From an uncultured Bacteroidales bacterium (GTDB taxonomy: Bacteria > Bacteroidota > Bacteroidia > Bacteroidales > VadinHA17), in contig CAVTSB010000002.1 in NCBI GenBank assembly GCA_963737255.1, positions 768,341 through 832,340 of the forward strand: a DNA stretch of 64,000 nucleotides. Reading direction: 5' to 3'. Positions 1 through 12,086 of this stretch are shown here, one piece after another (positions within the stretch are counted from its first letter, which is position 1; the number at the start of each line of letters is the position of its first letter). The notes under the pieces are model-generated. The model saw nothing but the letters and a program-made list of their open reading frames with translations. It was not told where the DNA came from and did no database searches. A program made the position numbers and the translations under genes.

Positions 1-1
1 G

Positions 2-664
2 GCAAGCATCTGGCTGACCCTCTGGGTATCGTTTGCTGCAACATTCTTCTGCGCTATCGGTGCAATCCCTCTGGCATGGCTTCTGGCCAGAAAGAAATTT
101 CCACTGAAAAATGTTGTACAGGGCGTGATTGACCTTCCGGTTGTCCTTCCACATACCGCTGCAGGTATCGCAATTCTGGGCTTTATTTCCAGGGACGGGA
201 TGCTGGGAAAGGCTGCCGATGCAGTAGGACTCACACTTATCAATAACCCTGCAGGTATAGCTCTTGCAATGGCATTTGTAAGCCTCCCTTTCCTTATCAA
301 CTCTGCCCGCGATGGTTTTGCAGCCGTTCCCGAAAGACTCGAAAAGGCTGCTCTCACACTGGGCGCAGGCCGCTCCAGGGTCTTCCTGACAATCTCCCTT
401 CCCCTTGCCTGGAGAAGCATAATAACGGGTTTTATAATGATGTTCGCCAGGGGAATGAGCGAATTCGGGGCAGTGGTGATAGTAGCATACCATCCAATGA
501 TCGCACCGGTCCTCATCTATGAGCGGTTCAGCTCCTTCGGCCTTAAATATGCACGGCCCGCTTCAGTCGTCTTTATCATAGTTGCCCTGGCAGTATTCAT
601 CATACTGAGACTTTTCTCCATCAGAAAAAAAGAAGTTTATATATCGCAGGATGCTGAAACTTAG
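2..664 (+). CDS. ABC transporter permease, molybdate/tungstate type (ModB/WtpB-like); 5' end cut by the window edge
   Basis: The frame of ORF 125..664 stays open back to nt 2 (ASIWLTLWVSFAATFFCAIGAIPLAWLLARKKF...). It is polytopic and hydrophobic, with an EAA-like loop (ERLEKAALTLGAGRSRVF). Its stop overlaps the start of the ATPase gene, and Mo-cofactor genes follow. Confidence 0.8.
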   Translation, partial: ASIWLTLWVSFAATFFCAIGAIPLAWLLARKKFPLKNVVQGVIDLPVVLPHTAAGIAILGFISRDGMLGKAADAVGLTLINNPAGIALAMAFVSLPFLINSARDGFAAVPERLEKAALTLGAGRSRVFLTISLPLAWRSIITGFIMMFARGMSEFGAVVIVAYHPMIAPVLIYERFSSFGLKYARPASVVFIIVALAVFIILRLFSIRKKEVYISQDAET

Positions 665-1706
665 GAACATAAACAAGAAACTTGGGAACTTCGCACTGTC
701 AGATATTTGTATAGACATTCGGAAGGGGGAGTATTATGTCCTGCTCGGAAGATCAGGTTCCGGGAAAACCCAGCTCCTTGAACTGATAGCCGGACTGAAC
801 TGTCCCGATTCGGGCGAAATATGGATTGATTCGGTAAATGTTACAAAACGGAGGATCCACGAAAGGAATACAGGTCTTGTCTTTCAGGACTATGCCATAT
901 TCCCGAACATGACTGTCGCCGGGAATATTGCCTATTCGCTTCATTCCAGGAAAATGAAGAGAAAGGAGATAATCATTAAAGTTAAGAAGATAGCCGAAGA
1001 ATTGAATATAATGCACCTGCTCGACCGCTTTACCCAAAATCTCTCGGGTGGCGAACTTCAGCGGGTTGCACTGGCAAGAACACTTGTTACTTCACCAACG
1101 CTCCTGCTACTTGACGAACCAATGGCCTCCATCGATGCCAGCCTCAAGGATGACATCAAGCGGACGCTCAGGCAGCTTAACAGGAAAGGCCTTACAATTG
1201 TCCATGTCACACACGATTACAGAGAAGCGGTCAGCCTTGCCTCGAAGGTGGGCGTAATACACAACGGACATATTATCCAGGAAGGAACGCCTGAGGAAGT
1301 ATTCAGCAAGCCTGTCAATAAATTTGTTGCGAGATATGCGGGGATAAGGAACTTCTTCAGGGTCAGATTCTTCACAGAAGACAACCGTTGGAAGGCAAAG
1401 TGCGACGGGGATCTGACTTTCAACCTTTCGGGGAATAACTTTCCCGGGGAGGGCCTGATGATCCTCAGGAGCGACGCAATAAGAATACACAGGGAAGAAC
1501 CAAAAACTGAATACGAAAACAGGATCAGGGGTGTTGTAATGGAAATAAATTCATCTGAATTCGGAATGGAAATAATGGTCGACGCAGGTGAAAAGTTCTA
1601 TGTTGATCTGTCTGTGAATGACTTTAAAAACTTAAATATCTCCGAAAAGTCGGAAGCATGGATCACTTTTCCGGCGAAAGCGGGGATAGTGTTGCAAGGG
1701 TCATAG
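651..1706 (+). CDS. ABC transporter ATP-binding protein (ModC/WtpC-like) with a C-terminal TOBE-like extension
   Basis: Walker A GRSGSGKT, ABC signature LSGGELQR, Walker B LLLLDEP, H-loop VTHD. About 110 extra C-terminal residues, as in molybdate-type ATPases. Overlaps the permease by 14 nt. Confidence 0.85.
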   Translation: MLKLRNINKKLGNFALSDICIDIRKGEYYVLLGRSGSGKTQLLELIAGLNCPDSGEIWIDSVNVTKRRIHERNTGLVFQDYAIFPNMTVAGNIAYSLHSRKMKRKEIIIKVKKIAEELNIMHLLDRFTQNLSGGELQRVALARTLVTSPTLLLLDEPMASIDASLKDDIKRTLRQLNRKGLTIVHVTHDYREAVSLASKVGVIHNGHIIQEGTPEEVFSKPVNKFVARYAGIRNFFRVRFFTEDNRWKAKCDGDLTFNLSGNNFPGEGLMILRSDAIRIHREEPKTEYENRIRGVVMEINSSEFGMEIMVDAGEKFYVDLSVNDFKNLNISEKSEAWITFPAKAGIVLQGS

Positions 1707-1710
1707 GAAA

Positions 1711-1738
1711 GATAAAAGACAAAAGGTAAAAGATAAAA
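1711..1738 (+). repeat. Tandem heptamer array (GAYAAAA-like, 4 units) starting 5 nt after the ABC ATPase stop codon
   Basis: Read directly: gataaaa gacaaaa ggtaaaa gataaaa. Confidence 0.7.
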
Positions 1739-1819
1739 GCGGTTCTGAAGCTACTTGAGAGACGCGGGGAGTGAGTTCACGCGATTATTAAAGAAGTAAG
1801 TTAACTGTAGCAGGTTATT

Positions 1820-3007
1820 ATGAATATGGAAATGATTTCTTTTGAAAAGGCTTATGAAATTGTTATGGCTTCGGGATTCGAAACGGGGACTGAAACGGTT
1901 CCGTTTACCGAATCTCCTGACCGGATACTGGCTGAAGATGTGATTAGCGATATGGATATGCCCCCGTTCAATAAGTCTTCAGTCGATGGTTTTGCATGCC
2001 GGAAAGCAGAACTGGGGAATGACCTTGAAATTATCGAAACCATCCCTGCCGGCAAATGGCCCGGGAAGGAAGTTGGAAAGCTGCAATGTTCCAGGATCAT
2101 GACGGGTGCAGCTGTTCCGTCAGGAGCAGATTGTGTTGTAATGGTGGAGGATACGGAACTCCTTCCTTCCGGTAAGATCAGGTTCAAAGGCTCCTTTACA
2201 AAGGAAAATGTGGCTATCAGGGGAGAAGATATAAAAAAGGGGGATGTCGTTCTTAGTGCCGGTAAAATGATCAGACCGCAGGATATTGCCGTAATGGCCA
2301 CTGCCGGCCATACCCTCGTCAGCGTTCGCCGGATGCCGTGCGTTGCTGTTTTAAGCTCAGGTGATGAACTAGTTGAACCTGATGAAGTTCCGGGTATTTC
2401 GCAGATAAGGAACAGCAATGCGGTCCAGCTGATGGCACAGGTGAAGCGGGCAGGTGCTTCAGGGAAGTATTACGGGATTGCCAGGGATGACGAGGAAGTC
2501 ACTTTTTCACTTGTCGAAAAGGCAATTTCAGAAAATGATATTGTGCTTATAACCGGCGGCGTTTCAATGGGTGATTTTGATTTTGTCCCATCAGTGCTTG
2601 AAAAAGCGGGGGTCAGGATTCTTTTTACCCGGGTAGCTGTCCAACCCGGTAAGCCGATAACTTTCGGGGTTCATCCTGATACAATAGTTTTTGGACTTCC
2701 GGGAAATCCGGTATCTTCGTTCATTCAGTTTGAATTGCTCGTAAGACCATTGATCTACAAGATGATGAGATATAACTGGAAGCCGCTGACCATAAGTCTT
2801 CCAATGGAGAAAAAATTCACCCGCAGATTCACCGAACGAATGGCCGTAATTCCGGTTACTATTAACGGAGAAGGATATGTATCTCCCGTTGAATACCATG
2901 GCTCAGCGCACATTTCTGCGCTTCCTGAGGCATTTGGTGTTGTAACATTGCCGGCCGGAAGAGGAATAATAGAAGAAGGGGAAATAGTAAGTGTACGACA
3001 GATTTAA
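1820..3007 (+). CDS. moeA: Molybdopterin molybdenumtransferase MoeA
   Basis: 395 aa. MoeA-like motifs [62 protein letters not shown]. Sits in the Mo-cofactor cluster. Confidence 0.88.
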   Translation: MNMEMISFEKAYEIVMASGFETGTETVPFTESPDRILAEDVISDMDMPPFNKSSVDGFACRKAELGNDLEIIETIPAGKWPGKEVGKLQCSRIMTGAAVPSGADCVVMVEDTELLPSGKIRFKGSFTKENVAIRGEDIKKGDVVLSAGKMIRPQDIAVMATAGHTLVSVRRMPCVAVLSSGDELVEPDEVPGISQIRNSNAVQLMAQVKRAGASGKYYGIARDDEEVTFSLVEKAISENDIVLITGGVSMGDFDFVPSVLEKAGVRILFTRVAVQPGKPITFGVHPDTIVFGLPGNPVSSFIQFELLVRPLIYKMMRYNWKPLTISLPMEKKFTRRFTERMAVIPVTINGEGYVSPVEYHGSAHISALPEAFGVVTLPAGRGIIEEGEIVSVRQI

Positions 3008-3792
3008 CAGATCGATAAACTACCTGCGGATCTCGGTTACCGACCGCTGTAACCTGAGATGCCGCTACTGCATGCCTGAGGAGGGAATACATCTTCTCCG
3101 GCACAATGATATCCTTACATTTGATGAGATAGCTGACTTTACCCGCACAGCTGTGGTCAATGGAATAAGAAAAGTGAGGATCACGGGAGGGGAACCGCTT
3201 GTCAGGAAGGGTATTGTAACGCTTGTTGAGAATGATATCTTCAATAGAAGGCATTAATGACCTTTCAATGACAACAAACGGAACGCTCCTGGGTCAATTC
3301 GCCGCCGATCTTTCCGGAGCCGGACTGCAAAGGATTAATATAAGCCTCGACACGGTCGATCCGGAGAAATTTGCCTTCATCACAAGAACAGGTAATCTGA
3401 ATGACGTCTTCAGAGGGATAGAAGCTGCAAAGAAAGCCGGCCTCTCCCCGGTAAAAATAAATTGTGTTGTAAAAGAATCAAGTGAAGAGGAGGATGCGAG
3501 GGCTGTCGCTTCATTTTGCCTCGGGAATGGCCTTGAAATAAGCTATATTACACAAATGGATCTTGTAAGCGGAGTTTTTTCAATGGTTGAGGGAGGCTCC
3601 GGAGGCAACTGCTCCCAGTGCAACAGGCTAAGACTGACTTCAAACGGGAAACTTAAGCCATGCCTCTTCGACGATGCCGAATTTGATATAAGGGAACTTG
3701 GTTATCAGAAAGCAATTGAAATGGCCATTGGTGTCAAACCTGTCAGAGGCTCTGCTAATTTTAAAAATGGCTTTTATAATATAGGAGGTTAG
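2991..3792 (+). pseudogene. moaA: GTP 3',8-cyclase MoaA (radical SAM), split into two ORFs by one frameshift near 3225-3250
   Basis: N-terminal piece carries [21 protein letters not shown] (CX3CX2C). The second ORF continues with LSMTTNG, INISLD and a C-terminal CxxCNRLRLTSNGKLKPCLF. The two pieces are contiguous in adjacent frames. Confidence 0.85.
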
Positions 3793-3797
3793 ATACC

Positions 3798-4725
3798 ATG
3801 AATAAACTGACACATATTGACGAAAAGGGCAAGGCAATTATGGTCGACATCGGCCAAAAAGCAGTGCAGCAGAGAAATGCAAAGGCTGCAGGCCATATCA
3901 GACTTGCCCCGGAGAGACTCTCAGACTAATAGAGGACAACCAGCTTAAAAAGGGAGATGTCCTGACTGTTGCCCAGATTGCAGGGATCAATGCGGCAAAG
4001 CACACTTCAGATCTTATCCCCCTTTGCCATAATATTGCGCTCGACAGCATTTCACGTAGTCCTGTTTCCGGATGAATCGGGGATTATTGCCGAAAGTGAA
4101 ATTAAATGCACCGGCAGAACAGGCGCCGAAATGGAAGCATTGACCGCAGTAAGCGTTGCACTTCTTACAGTTTACGACATGTGCAAGGCAGTCGACAAAA
4201 TTATGGTTATTGACAGAATCAGTTCTTTTGGAAAAAAGCAAAAAATGAATCTTCCCGGCAAATTTAAGGTACTGATAATTACCCTGAGCGACAGAGCCTT
4301 CAAGAGGGGAATACCAGGATCTGAGCGGTCCCCTGATCAGGGAGAGGCTGAATGAATTTTTTGAATCGGAAAAATGGAAGGCAGACATAGACCTTATGTT
4401 GATTCCGGATGATGAGACAATGCTCAGGGATCTTGTCACAAAATCGGCTGAGACCTGTAATTTTATTTTTACCACCGGAGGCACCGGAATTGGTCCGCGT
4501 GATATTACGGTTGAAACTGTTAAACCGCTTCTTTCAAAGGAAATTCCGGGAATAATGGAATTTATCAGGATGAAGTACGGAACGGAAAAGCCAAATGCAC
4601 TGTTAAGCAGGGGAGTTGCCGGTATTACCGGGAAATCATTGATCTATACTCTTCCCGGTTCAGTAAGGGCTGTTGATGAATATATGACCGAGATCATTAA
4701 AAACTCTGAAACACTACTGTTTTAA
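3798..4725 (+). pseudogene. moaC: Bifunctional MoaC (cyclic pyranopterin monophosphate synthase) / MogA-MoaB fusion, interrupted by several frameshifts
   Basis: [19 protein letters not shown].. at 3798. [29 protein letters not shown] and [32 protein letters not shown] (MoaC) lie in shifted frames. Then [11 protein letters not shown].. and TTGGTGIGPRDITVE..LPGS (MogA/MoaB). Confidence 0.75.
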
Positions 4726-4756
4726 TGCAGTACGGGATCGATTCCCACGAAAAACA

Positions 4757-6067
4757 CTAATCAGTAAGCCTGTTGAGTGTATTGACTGTCTGAACACCGA
4801 TAACCCTGTCGTACCTTTCGCGCGGATTCCTGTAATATACCAGTACCGTATAATCATTTTCAGTTTCATAATGGCTTCCCTCAAACTTTGTGGCTGTACC
4901 ATCGGTTATTCCCGTCGCTCATGAATAACATATTCATAATTATACCAGCCCTGTTTCAGAAGCATAATAGCATTCATATGCTTCCTTTTCAGGGTTGTAT
5001 GTCATCAGATTGTTATTGTCGAACGACCAGTTGTTGAATGCTCCGGAAACATACATCCTTCCGCCTTCAACCGGATTATTTGGAAGGAAGTGTAAAATAT
5101 ACATAAACATAATCTGCATCAGTTTCAGGATTCTTTTCCTCCTGAATTGCAATAAAATATTTCCCGTTGAAATCCTGCCAGTAGAAATAGGGTTTGAATT
5201 CCCTGTTTTCAGAGGGAAGAGGTAAACATGATAATTTGAGATGAGGAAATCGATCTTTCTTACATACTCTGACTGGTATCTTATGCTTTTTATATCGAAA
5301 TACCTGAATTCATTTCCTCCCGGGAAAATATTTTTGTCAGATAATGAACTGTATTTAAGTTCATTGTTGCCGTAAAACTCAGGTTTCAGATTTCTTTTTG
5401 CATTGTTCCATCTGTCCGTTCTGCAGGATAAAGGCATAGACATCCCTGTAAGGATCATTAATTCTGACTCCGGAAATAGTTTACGGTAAAATCGATCTGC
5501 TGGCTTGTATTGAGATCTGCTGTCATTCTCGGCCTGTGAGCTGAGATATTTATCCCGGCAACATCTTCAGTTATCAATAAACCGTTGGGTAAAGAACAGG
5601 ATTTCCGGTTCATTCAACGGGATGAACAATAATAATATAGTTTCCTGAAAGTCTAAGGTGTGACCCTGTCATTCGGGAAGAGTAAGCTTATAGTGAATGT
5701 AATTTACAGTGGTGTTGAATGATGGTCTGTAATCTTCAATCGGATTCTCGGCAAAACCTTCGATGATAATCGTATAGGAAAGATATCTGATTTCTTCCAG
5801 TCCTTGTCACAGTGAATAAATGTATAATAGTAATTCTCTATGTCTGTCACCAAGAAGATCAAAATGCAGGACCAGCTTTTCATCGCTGTTCAGTCTTGAT
5901 TACAGGGTATGAAAGGTTCCATCCTTCCTTGTAAAGCTGAACTGTTTTTATCTTGTCATCAAACACATGATTTGGAAAGAAGAAGCGAATCAGGCTCATC
6001 TGAAAACAGGTCTGAAAGTATTCAAAAAAAGCAATGAGTAACAGAAGGAAAAATACTCATTTAACAT
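4757..6067 (-). pseudogene. DUF5103 / type IX secretion plug-domain protein, heavily frameshifted
   Basis: Minus-strand fragments read in three frames: MSLIRFFFPNHVFDDKIKTVQLYKEGW (N-terminus), RYFDIKSIRYQSEYV, RMYVSGAFNNWSFD..LMTYNPEKEAYEC, and C-terminal GSHYETENDYTVLVYYRNPRERYDRVIGVQTV. Total span about 437 codons. The family call is from memory of these motifs. Confidence 0.5.
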
Positions 6068-6152
6068 CTCTTTGGCGATATGTTACAAAAATAGTGCAAT
6101 TATTTAATATCATATTTTAGCACTATTTTGATAAAATTTGAAAAGCTATTTA

Positions 6153-6160
6153 TACATTTG
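6153..6160 (+). promoter_or_regulatory. Bacteroidetes-type -7 promoter box (TACATTTG, matching TAnnTTTG) for the nqr operon; TTTG -33 candidates at 6127-6140
   Basis: Exact consensus match about 80 nt upstream of the nqrA ATG, in an AT-rich ORF-free region. Confidence 0.5.
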
Positions 6161-6240
6161 CAGTTCTGTTAATTTATTAACAGAACTCTGATCCGAAGAT
6201 ATTATGTTAATCTTTACAGTAAGATAATTTCAACATAAAA

Positions 6241-7604
6241 ATGTCCAGATCGATTAAGCTAAAAAAAGGATTTGATATCCGATTGGAAGGTATTGCTGAA
6301 AAGAAGATTGCAGGAGCTGTAAATCCTGTTTTGTTCGGAGTTAAACCAGTTGATTTTCCGGGACTTATCCCAAAGCTTAATGTCAAACCGGGAGATACGG
6401 TTCAGGCAGGGTCTCTGCTTTTTCATGATAAGCTGCATCCGGAGATAAAATTCACTTCACCTGTAAGCGGAAAGGTTGTCTCGTTGAAAGGGGTGACCGC
6501 AGGAAAATTACTTGAGGTTGTTGTTGAAAAGAAAGGCAACGATGTTATGGACTTTGGAAAAGCAGATCCTGAAGAACTTTCACCGGAAGAAATAAAAGAA
6601 CATCTGTTTGCATCAGGTCTCTGGCCGGCTGTCCGGCAGCGACCATATCATGTTGTTGCAAAACCTGGATGATCAGCCAAAATCAATTTTTATTTCAGGT
6701 TTTGATACTGCTCCTCTTGCTCCTGATTATAATTTTATTCTGGAAAATACTCCCGGTTAATCTATTCCGGACAGGAATTAGCTGCCCTTTCAAAACTTAC
6801 CGAGGGAAGGATCAATCTTGTTCTGAAAGGGAATGGTGCAGTAACACAGGCAGCTGTTAATGAGATCGAAGGTGTTGAAATATCTTATTTTTCAGGTCCT
6901 CATCCTGCCGGGAATGTGGGAGTTCATATTCATCATCTTGATCCGGTGAACAAGGGTGAGATCGTATGGTTTGTCAATTTTCAGGATGTTATTTCAATCG
7001 GAAGGCTTTTTGAGGAGGGAATTTACAGGCCTGAAAGGATTGTTGCTCTTACTGGTTCGGAAGTTATTAACCCTCAGTATTACAAAATGCTTTCAGGAGG
7101 CTCGCTAATTACCCCTGGTTGTACAGATAATGTAAAACCAGGCCATCCTCAGATATATAAGCGGAAATGTGCTTACCGGAACAAAGATTGAACCTGAACG
7201 GATTTCTTGGATATTATGATTCACAGATTACTGTCATTCCTGAAGGCAATTATTTTGAGTTCTTCGGATGGGCCGCACCGGGAATAAATAAATTCAGCTT
7301 TTCCGAACATTCCTTTCTTCACTTTTCCCAAAGAAGAGTTATAAGCTTGATACCAATCTTCATGGAGGTGAAAGAGCTTTTGTAGTGACCGGGCAGTACG
7401 AAAAGGTTGTTCCGATGGATATTTTCCCAATGCAGCTTTTTAAAGCCATACTTGCCGAGGATATTGAAATGATGGAAAACCTCGGGATCTATGAAGTTGC
7501 TGAAGAAGATTTTGCTCTTTGTGAGTTTATTTGTCCTTCCAAGATTGAGATACAGTCAGATAGTCAGAAAAGGCTTGGATCTGATGAGAAAAGAAATGAG
7601 TTAA
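6241..7604 (+). pseudogene. nqrA: Na+-translocating NADH:quinone reductase subunit A, about 8 frameshifts
   Basis: MSRSIKLKKGFDIRLEGIAEKK.., FSGPHPAGNVGVHIHHLDP, GGERAFVVTGQYEKVVPMDIFP, FALCEFICPSKIE. Fragments are collinear across frames. First gene of the nqrABCDEF order. Confidence 0.85.
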
Positions 7605-7628
7605 GTAACCTGTGAATTTTCTAATATA

Positions 7629-8772
7629 ATGAATTCCCTAAGAAAAAAGTTAGATAAGCTAAAACCCCATTTATCAAAGGGGGGAAGGTTTGCAAAACTG
7701 CAGTCGGTGTTTGAAGGATTCGAATCCTTCATGTTCGTTTCTGACAAAGTCACTTTCAAAGGTTCGCATATCAGGGACTCCATCGATCTGAAAAGGACAA
7801 TGACAGTTGTTATTATTGCACTTCTGCCTGCACTTTTATTCGGGCTCTACAATACCGGATTGCAGCATTTCAGGTCAGTCGGAACTGATCCGGCACTTTT
7901 TCAGGCTTTCTGGTTTGGTTTCCTCAGGATACTTCCTCTGATAATTGTCAGCTATGTAGTGGGTCTTGGGATTGAATTTATTGCAGCCCAGATCAGGGGA
8001 CATGAAATAAATGAGGGTTATCTGGTGACCGGGCTGCTTATTCCCCTGATCATGCCGATCGATATTCCACTATGGATGCTGGCTCTTGCCAGTTGCCTTT
8101 TCAGTGATCCTGGGGAAAGAGGTCTTTGGAGGTACCGGGATGAATATTTTTAATCCGGCTCTTCTTGCAAGGGCATTTCTCTTTTTCAGCTATCCGGCAT
8201 GGATGACCGGCGATAATGTCTGGACCGAAGGCCTGACAGCAGGGAAAAATATTATTGATGGTTTTTCAGGAGCAACACCATTATCATTTATGTGCTGCAG
8301 GTGAAATAACAAAACTTCCCTCATTCATGCAGATGTTTATTGGTACAATTCCCGGTTCGGTCGGAGAGACTTCAACAATAGCAATTCTGATTGGGGCTGT
8401 GATACTGATTATTACCGGTGTCGGCAGCTGGAAAATAATGGTAAGTGTTTTTGCCGGCGGACTTGGAATGGGGCTGCTGCTTAATGCAATTTCTGCAAAT
8501 ACATATATGGAGCTTCCGTTTTATTATCATTTTGTAATGGGCGGTTTTGCTTTCGGTGCAGTCTTTATGGCCACCGATCCTGTTTCAGGTTCGCAGACGG
8601 AAAAGGGAAAATGGATCTACGGATTTCTGATCGGCGTTCTTGTCGATTCTGATCAGGGTTGCTTAATCCTGCATATCCCGAAGGAGTGATGCTTGCCATC
8701 CTCCTGATGAATGTTTTTGCCCCGCTTATCGATTATTTTGTTGTCCAGTCGAATATTAAAAAGAAGGCTTAA
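7629..8772 (+). pseudogene. nqrB: Na+-NQR subunit B, frameshifted
   Basis: Collinear fragments with NqrB motifs: [70 protein letters not shown]. Confidence 0.85.
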
Positions 8773-8805
8773 GAGGGCTAAAGTTGCACTTAAAACCAGC
8801 GTAAA

Positions 8806-9518
8806 ATGAAACAGTTCAGCAACAAATATATTTTCATTTTTTCGGCAGTTATGGTAATTGCGTGTGCAGCACTGCTGTCGCTGGCTGCTACACTGCTCCA
8901 GCCTGCACAGGAAAGGAACCTCGAGATTGAAAAGAAGAAAAATATGCTTGAATCGATAAATGTTCCGGCCACCAAGCGAGAATACTGAAGAACTTTATGA
9001 TAAGTATATAAAGGAGAGTTTTGTAATTAATTCAAAAGGTGAGCCGGTTGATGGAGTTGATGCTTTTACAGTAGTTCTTAAGAATGAGCAGAAGAAACCT
9101 CTTGAGGAGCAATACCTTCCTGTTTTCAGGGCAAAACCTGATGACGGTGAAAAAGTGATAATTCTCCCGGTTGAGGGGAAAGGACTCTGGGGCCCGATTT
9201 ACGGTTATGTTTCACTGAAATCAGATATGAATACAATTTATGGAGTCACATTTCGACCATAAAGGTGAGACTCCCGGACTTGGAGCTGAAATAAACACAA
9301 CTGCCTTTGAAAGCCAGTTTCGAGGGAAAAAGCTATTTGACAATGAGAATTTTGTTTCGATTCAGGTACATAAAGGAGGTGCTGATCCCGGAGACATCCA
9401 TGGAGTTGATGCGATTTCAGGAGGAACAATAACAAGCAAAGGACTTGCAGAAAATGCTTTTTGACTGTCTTCAGAAATATAATGGTTATCTCTTAAAAAA
9501 CAGGATATTAATATATGA
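8806..9518 (+). pseudogene. nqrC: Na+-NQR subunit C, frameshifted
   Basis: N-terminal TM segment (YIFIFSAVMVIACAALLSLAA), GKGLWGPIYGYVSL, ETPGLGAEI, and GVDAISGGTITSKG (FMN attachment region). The inferred stop overlaps the nqrD ATG (ATGA) if 1 nt is restored in the A-run at about 9495. Confidence 0.8.
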
Positions 9519-10171
9519 GCAACCAGGAAAAAGAACCGATGTTTCTCGGCAAAGAATCTAAAACTTCTGACTGAACCTTTCGGGACAGAATAATCCCATC
9601 ACCGTTCAGGTTCTGGGAATCTGTTCAGCACTGGCGGTAACTGTAAAGCTGAAACCGGCAATAGTAATGGCATTGTCTGTCACAATTGTCACAGCTGTTT
9701 CAAACCTTGTTATAGCAGCCATGAGAAAATATATCCCCGACAGGATAAGAATAATTGTTCAGCTGGTCGTGATCGCAACAATGGTTATTCTTGTTGATCA
9801 GTTTCTTAAAGGCTTATGTCTTTGATGTAAGCAAACAGCTTTCGGTTTTTGTCGGACTTATTATTACAAACTGTATAATAATGGGAAGGCTCGAAGCCTT
9901 TGCAATGGCAAATAAACCATGGCCTTCATTTATTGATGGAATAGGGAATGGGGCAGGATACGGATTGATCCTGGTTGTCGTTTCATTCTTCAGGGAACTT
10001 CTTGGCTCAGGAACAATTTATGGTTATCCGGTATTGGAAAAACTCGGAACTTATACAACCGGCTATGAAAATAATGGAATGGTGATCCTCCCGCCAATGG
10101 CCCTTATTTTTGTTGGTCTGATTATCTGGGTCCAGCGGAGCAGGGATAAAAGTCTTATTGAAAAACATTAG
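9515..10171 (+). pseudogene. nqrD: Na+-NQR subunit D, frameshifted near the 5' end and again around 9790
   Basis: [18 protein letters not shown].., GLIITNCIIMGRLEAFA, then ORF 9791..10171. About 218 codons, the expected size. Confidence 0.8.
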
Positions 10172-10182
10172 AATGAAGGAGT

Positions 10183-10803
10183 ATGGAAAATCTTTTGAAT
10201 ATATTCATAAAGTCGATCTTTGTCGACAATATGATCTTTGCCTTTTTCCTTGGCATGTGTTCATTCCTTGCTGTTTCAAAATCTGTAAAGACTGCCATGG
10301 GACTTGGAGTTGCAGTCATTTTTGTTCTGCTGATAACGGTTCCGGTTAATTTCCTTATCGAAAAATATGTTCTTGAAAAAAGGAGCACTGATCTGGCTCG
10401 GAGAAGGTTTTGCCGATGTTGATCTGAGCTTCCTGACATTTATGGTTTTTATAGCTATCATTGCTGCAATGACCCAGCTGGTCGAAATGGTGGTTGAGAA
10501 ATTCAGTCCGGCATTATATAATTCACTCGGGATCTTCCTTCCGCTTATTGCGGTTAACTGCGCAATTCTTGGAGCCTCACTTTTTATGCAGGAAAGGGAA
10601 TATGAGAATGTTGCTGAGGCAACCGTTTTCGGAGTAGGCTCAGGAGTCGGGTGGATGCTGGCAATTGTAAGCATTGCTGCAATACAGGGAAAAACTTCAA
10701 ATACAGCAATGTGCCCGATCCGTTGAAAGGTCTGGGAATAACTTTCATTCTGACCGGACTGATGGCAATAGCATTTATGGGATTTATGGGAATTAAACTC
10801 TAA
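10183..10803 (+). pseudogene. nqrE: Na+-NQR subunit E, frameshifted
   Basis: [47 protein letters not shown], and C-terminal [19 protein letters not shown] in a shifted frame. Confidence 0.8.
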
Positions 10804-10819
10804 GGAAATAAACTTAATC

Positions 10820-12072
10820 ATGGTTCTGGCAGTTACTACTTTAGGGACTCTTTTATACAGTATAATTGTATTTCTCCTCATTATAATGCTTCTGGTGATC
10901 ATGCTCCTTTTTGCCAGGGACAAGCTGTCACCCAAAGGAGATGTAACACTTCATATTAATGACCGTGAACTTGTTGTATCACCGGGTTCGAATCTTCTGT
11001 CGACACTTTCAGGTAACGGCATTTTTCTTCCTTCAGCCTGCGGCGGAGGAGGAACATGCGGAATGTGCAAATGCCAGATAATGGAAGGCGGCGGATCAAT
11101 TCTGCCGACTGAAACCGGATTTTTTACCAGAAAGGAACAACAGAACCACTGGAGGCTTGGCTGTCAGGTCAAGATACGGGAAGACCTGAAGATAAAAGTT
11201 CCGGAAGCCGTTCTGGGTATAAAGAAATGGGAATGCGAAGTCGTCTCAAACAGGAATGTGGCCACTTTTATTAAGGAATTTGTTGTCAGGCTGCCTGAAG
11301 GTGAAGTTCTTGATTTTGAACCGGGAGGATATATCCAGATAGATGTTCCAAAATATAATACAAGCTTCAGGGATTTTTCAATAGAGGAAGAATACAGGGC
11401 CGACTGGGAAAAATATAAGATGTGGGACCTTGGTATAAAAAATTCGGAGGAGACTTTCAGGGCATACTCGATGGCGAACTATCCGGCGGAAAAAAATCTT
11501 ATTAAGCTGAATATCAGGATCGCTACGCCGCCCTGGGACAATGCAAGGAAGCAGTTTAAGAATGTTCCCCCGGGAATATGTTCGTCTTATATCTTTTCAA
11601 GGAAGCCGGGTGATAAAGTAACGATCTCCGGTCCTTACGGGGAGTTCATATAAAAAACACCCGGAATGAGATGGTGTATATCGGTGGCGGCGCAGGAATG
11701 GCGCCTCTGCGGTCGCATATATTCCACCTTTTCCATACGCTCAAAACTGAACGCAAAGTATCATACTGGTACGGGGCACGGTCGCTCAGGGAAGTATTTT
11801 ACGAGGATGAATTCAGAGCTATCGAAAAGAAATTCCCGAATTTCAGGTTCAATCTTGCCCTCTCTGAACCGCTTCCGGAAGATAACTGGACCGGTTACAA
11901 GGGCTTTATCCATCAGGTGCTGCTTGATAATTACCTCAGTAAAAATGATGATCCTGAGGATATTGAGTACTATTTCTGCGGACCACCGGTAATGAACAAT
12001 GCGGTGGTGAAAATGCTCTATAATCTTGGAGTTCCGGAGGAAAATATTTCATTTGATGATTTCGGTATTTAA
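10820..12072 (+). pseudogene. nqrF: Na+-NQR subunit F (2Fe-2S, FAD and NADH domains), one frameshift at the A-run near 11650-11660
   Basis: N-terminal TM segment, CGGGGTCGMCKC ferredoxin motif, RAYSMANYP (FAD binding), [12 protein letters not shown] (NADH binding), CGPPVM. Confidence 0.88.
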
Positions 12073-12086
12073 ATAACCGCCTCTAC

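Noticed and set aside
10276-10935. 219-aa minus-strand ORF, plus many others such as 1852..2418, 40757..41260, 48317..48901, 34993..35541 and 43895..44287, lying antisense to recognisable genes
   Set aside because: They overlap well-supported genes on the opposite strand (nqrE/F, moeA, the isomerase, the RND pump, the FadL-like gene, DUF1080) and have low-complexity or odd composition with no motifs. They are typical shadow ORFs.
6241-12072. Programmed ribosomal frameshifting or recoding as the explanation for the split nqr genes
   Set aside because: The breaks are numerous, occur in both directions, affect unrelated neighbouring genes (moaA, moaC, DUF5103) and lack slippery-site or structure signatures. 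Indel error or decay is far more parsimonious.
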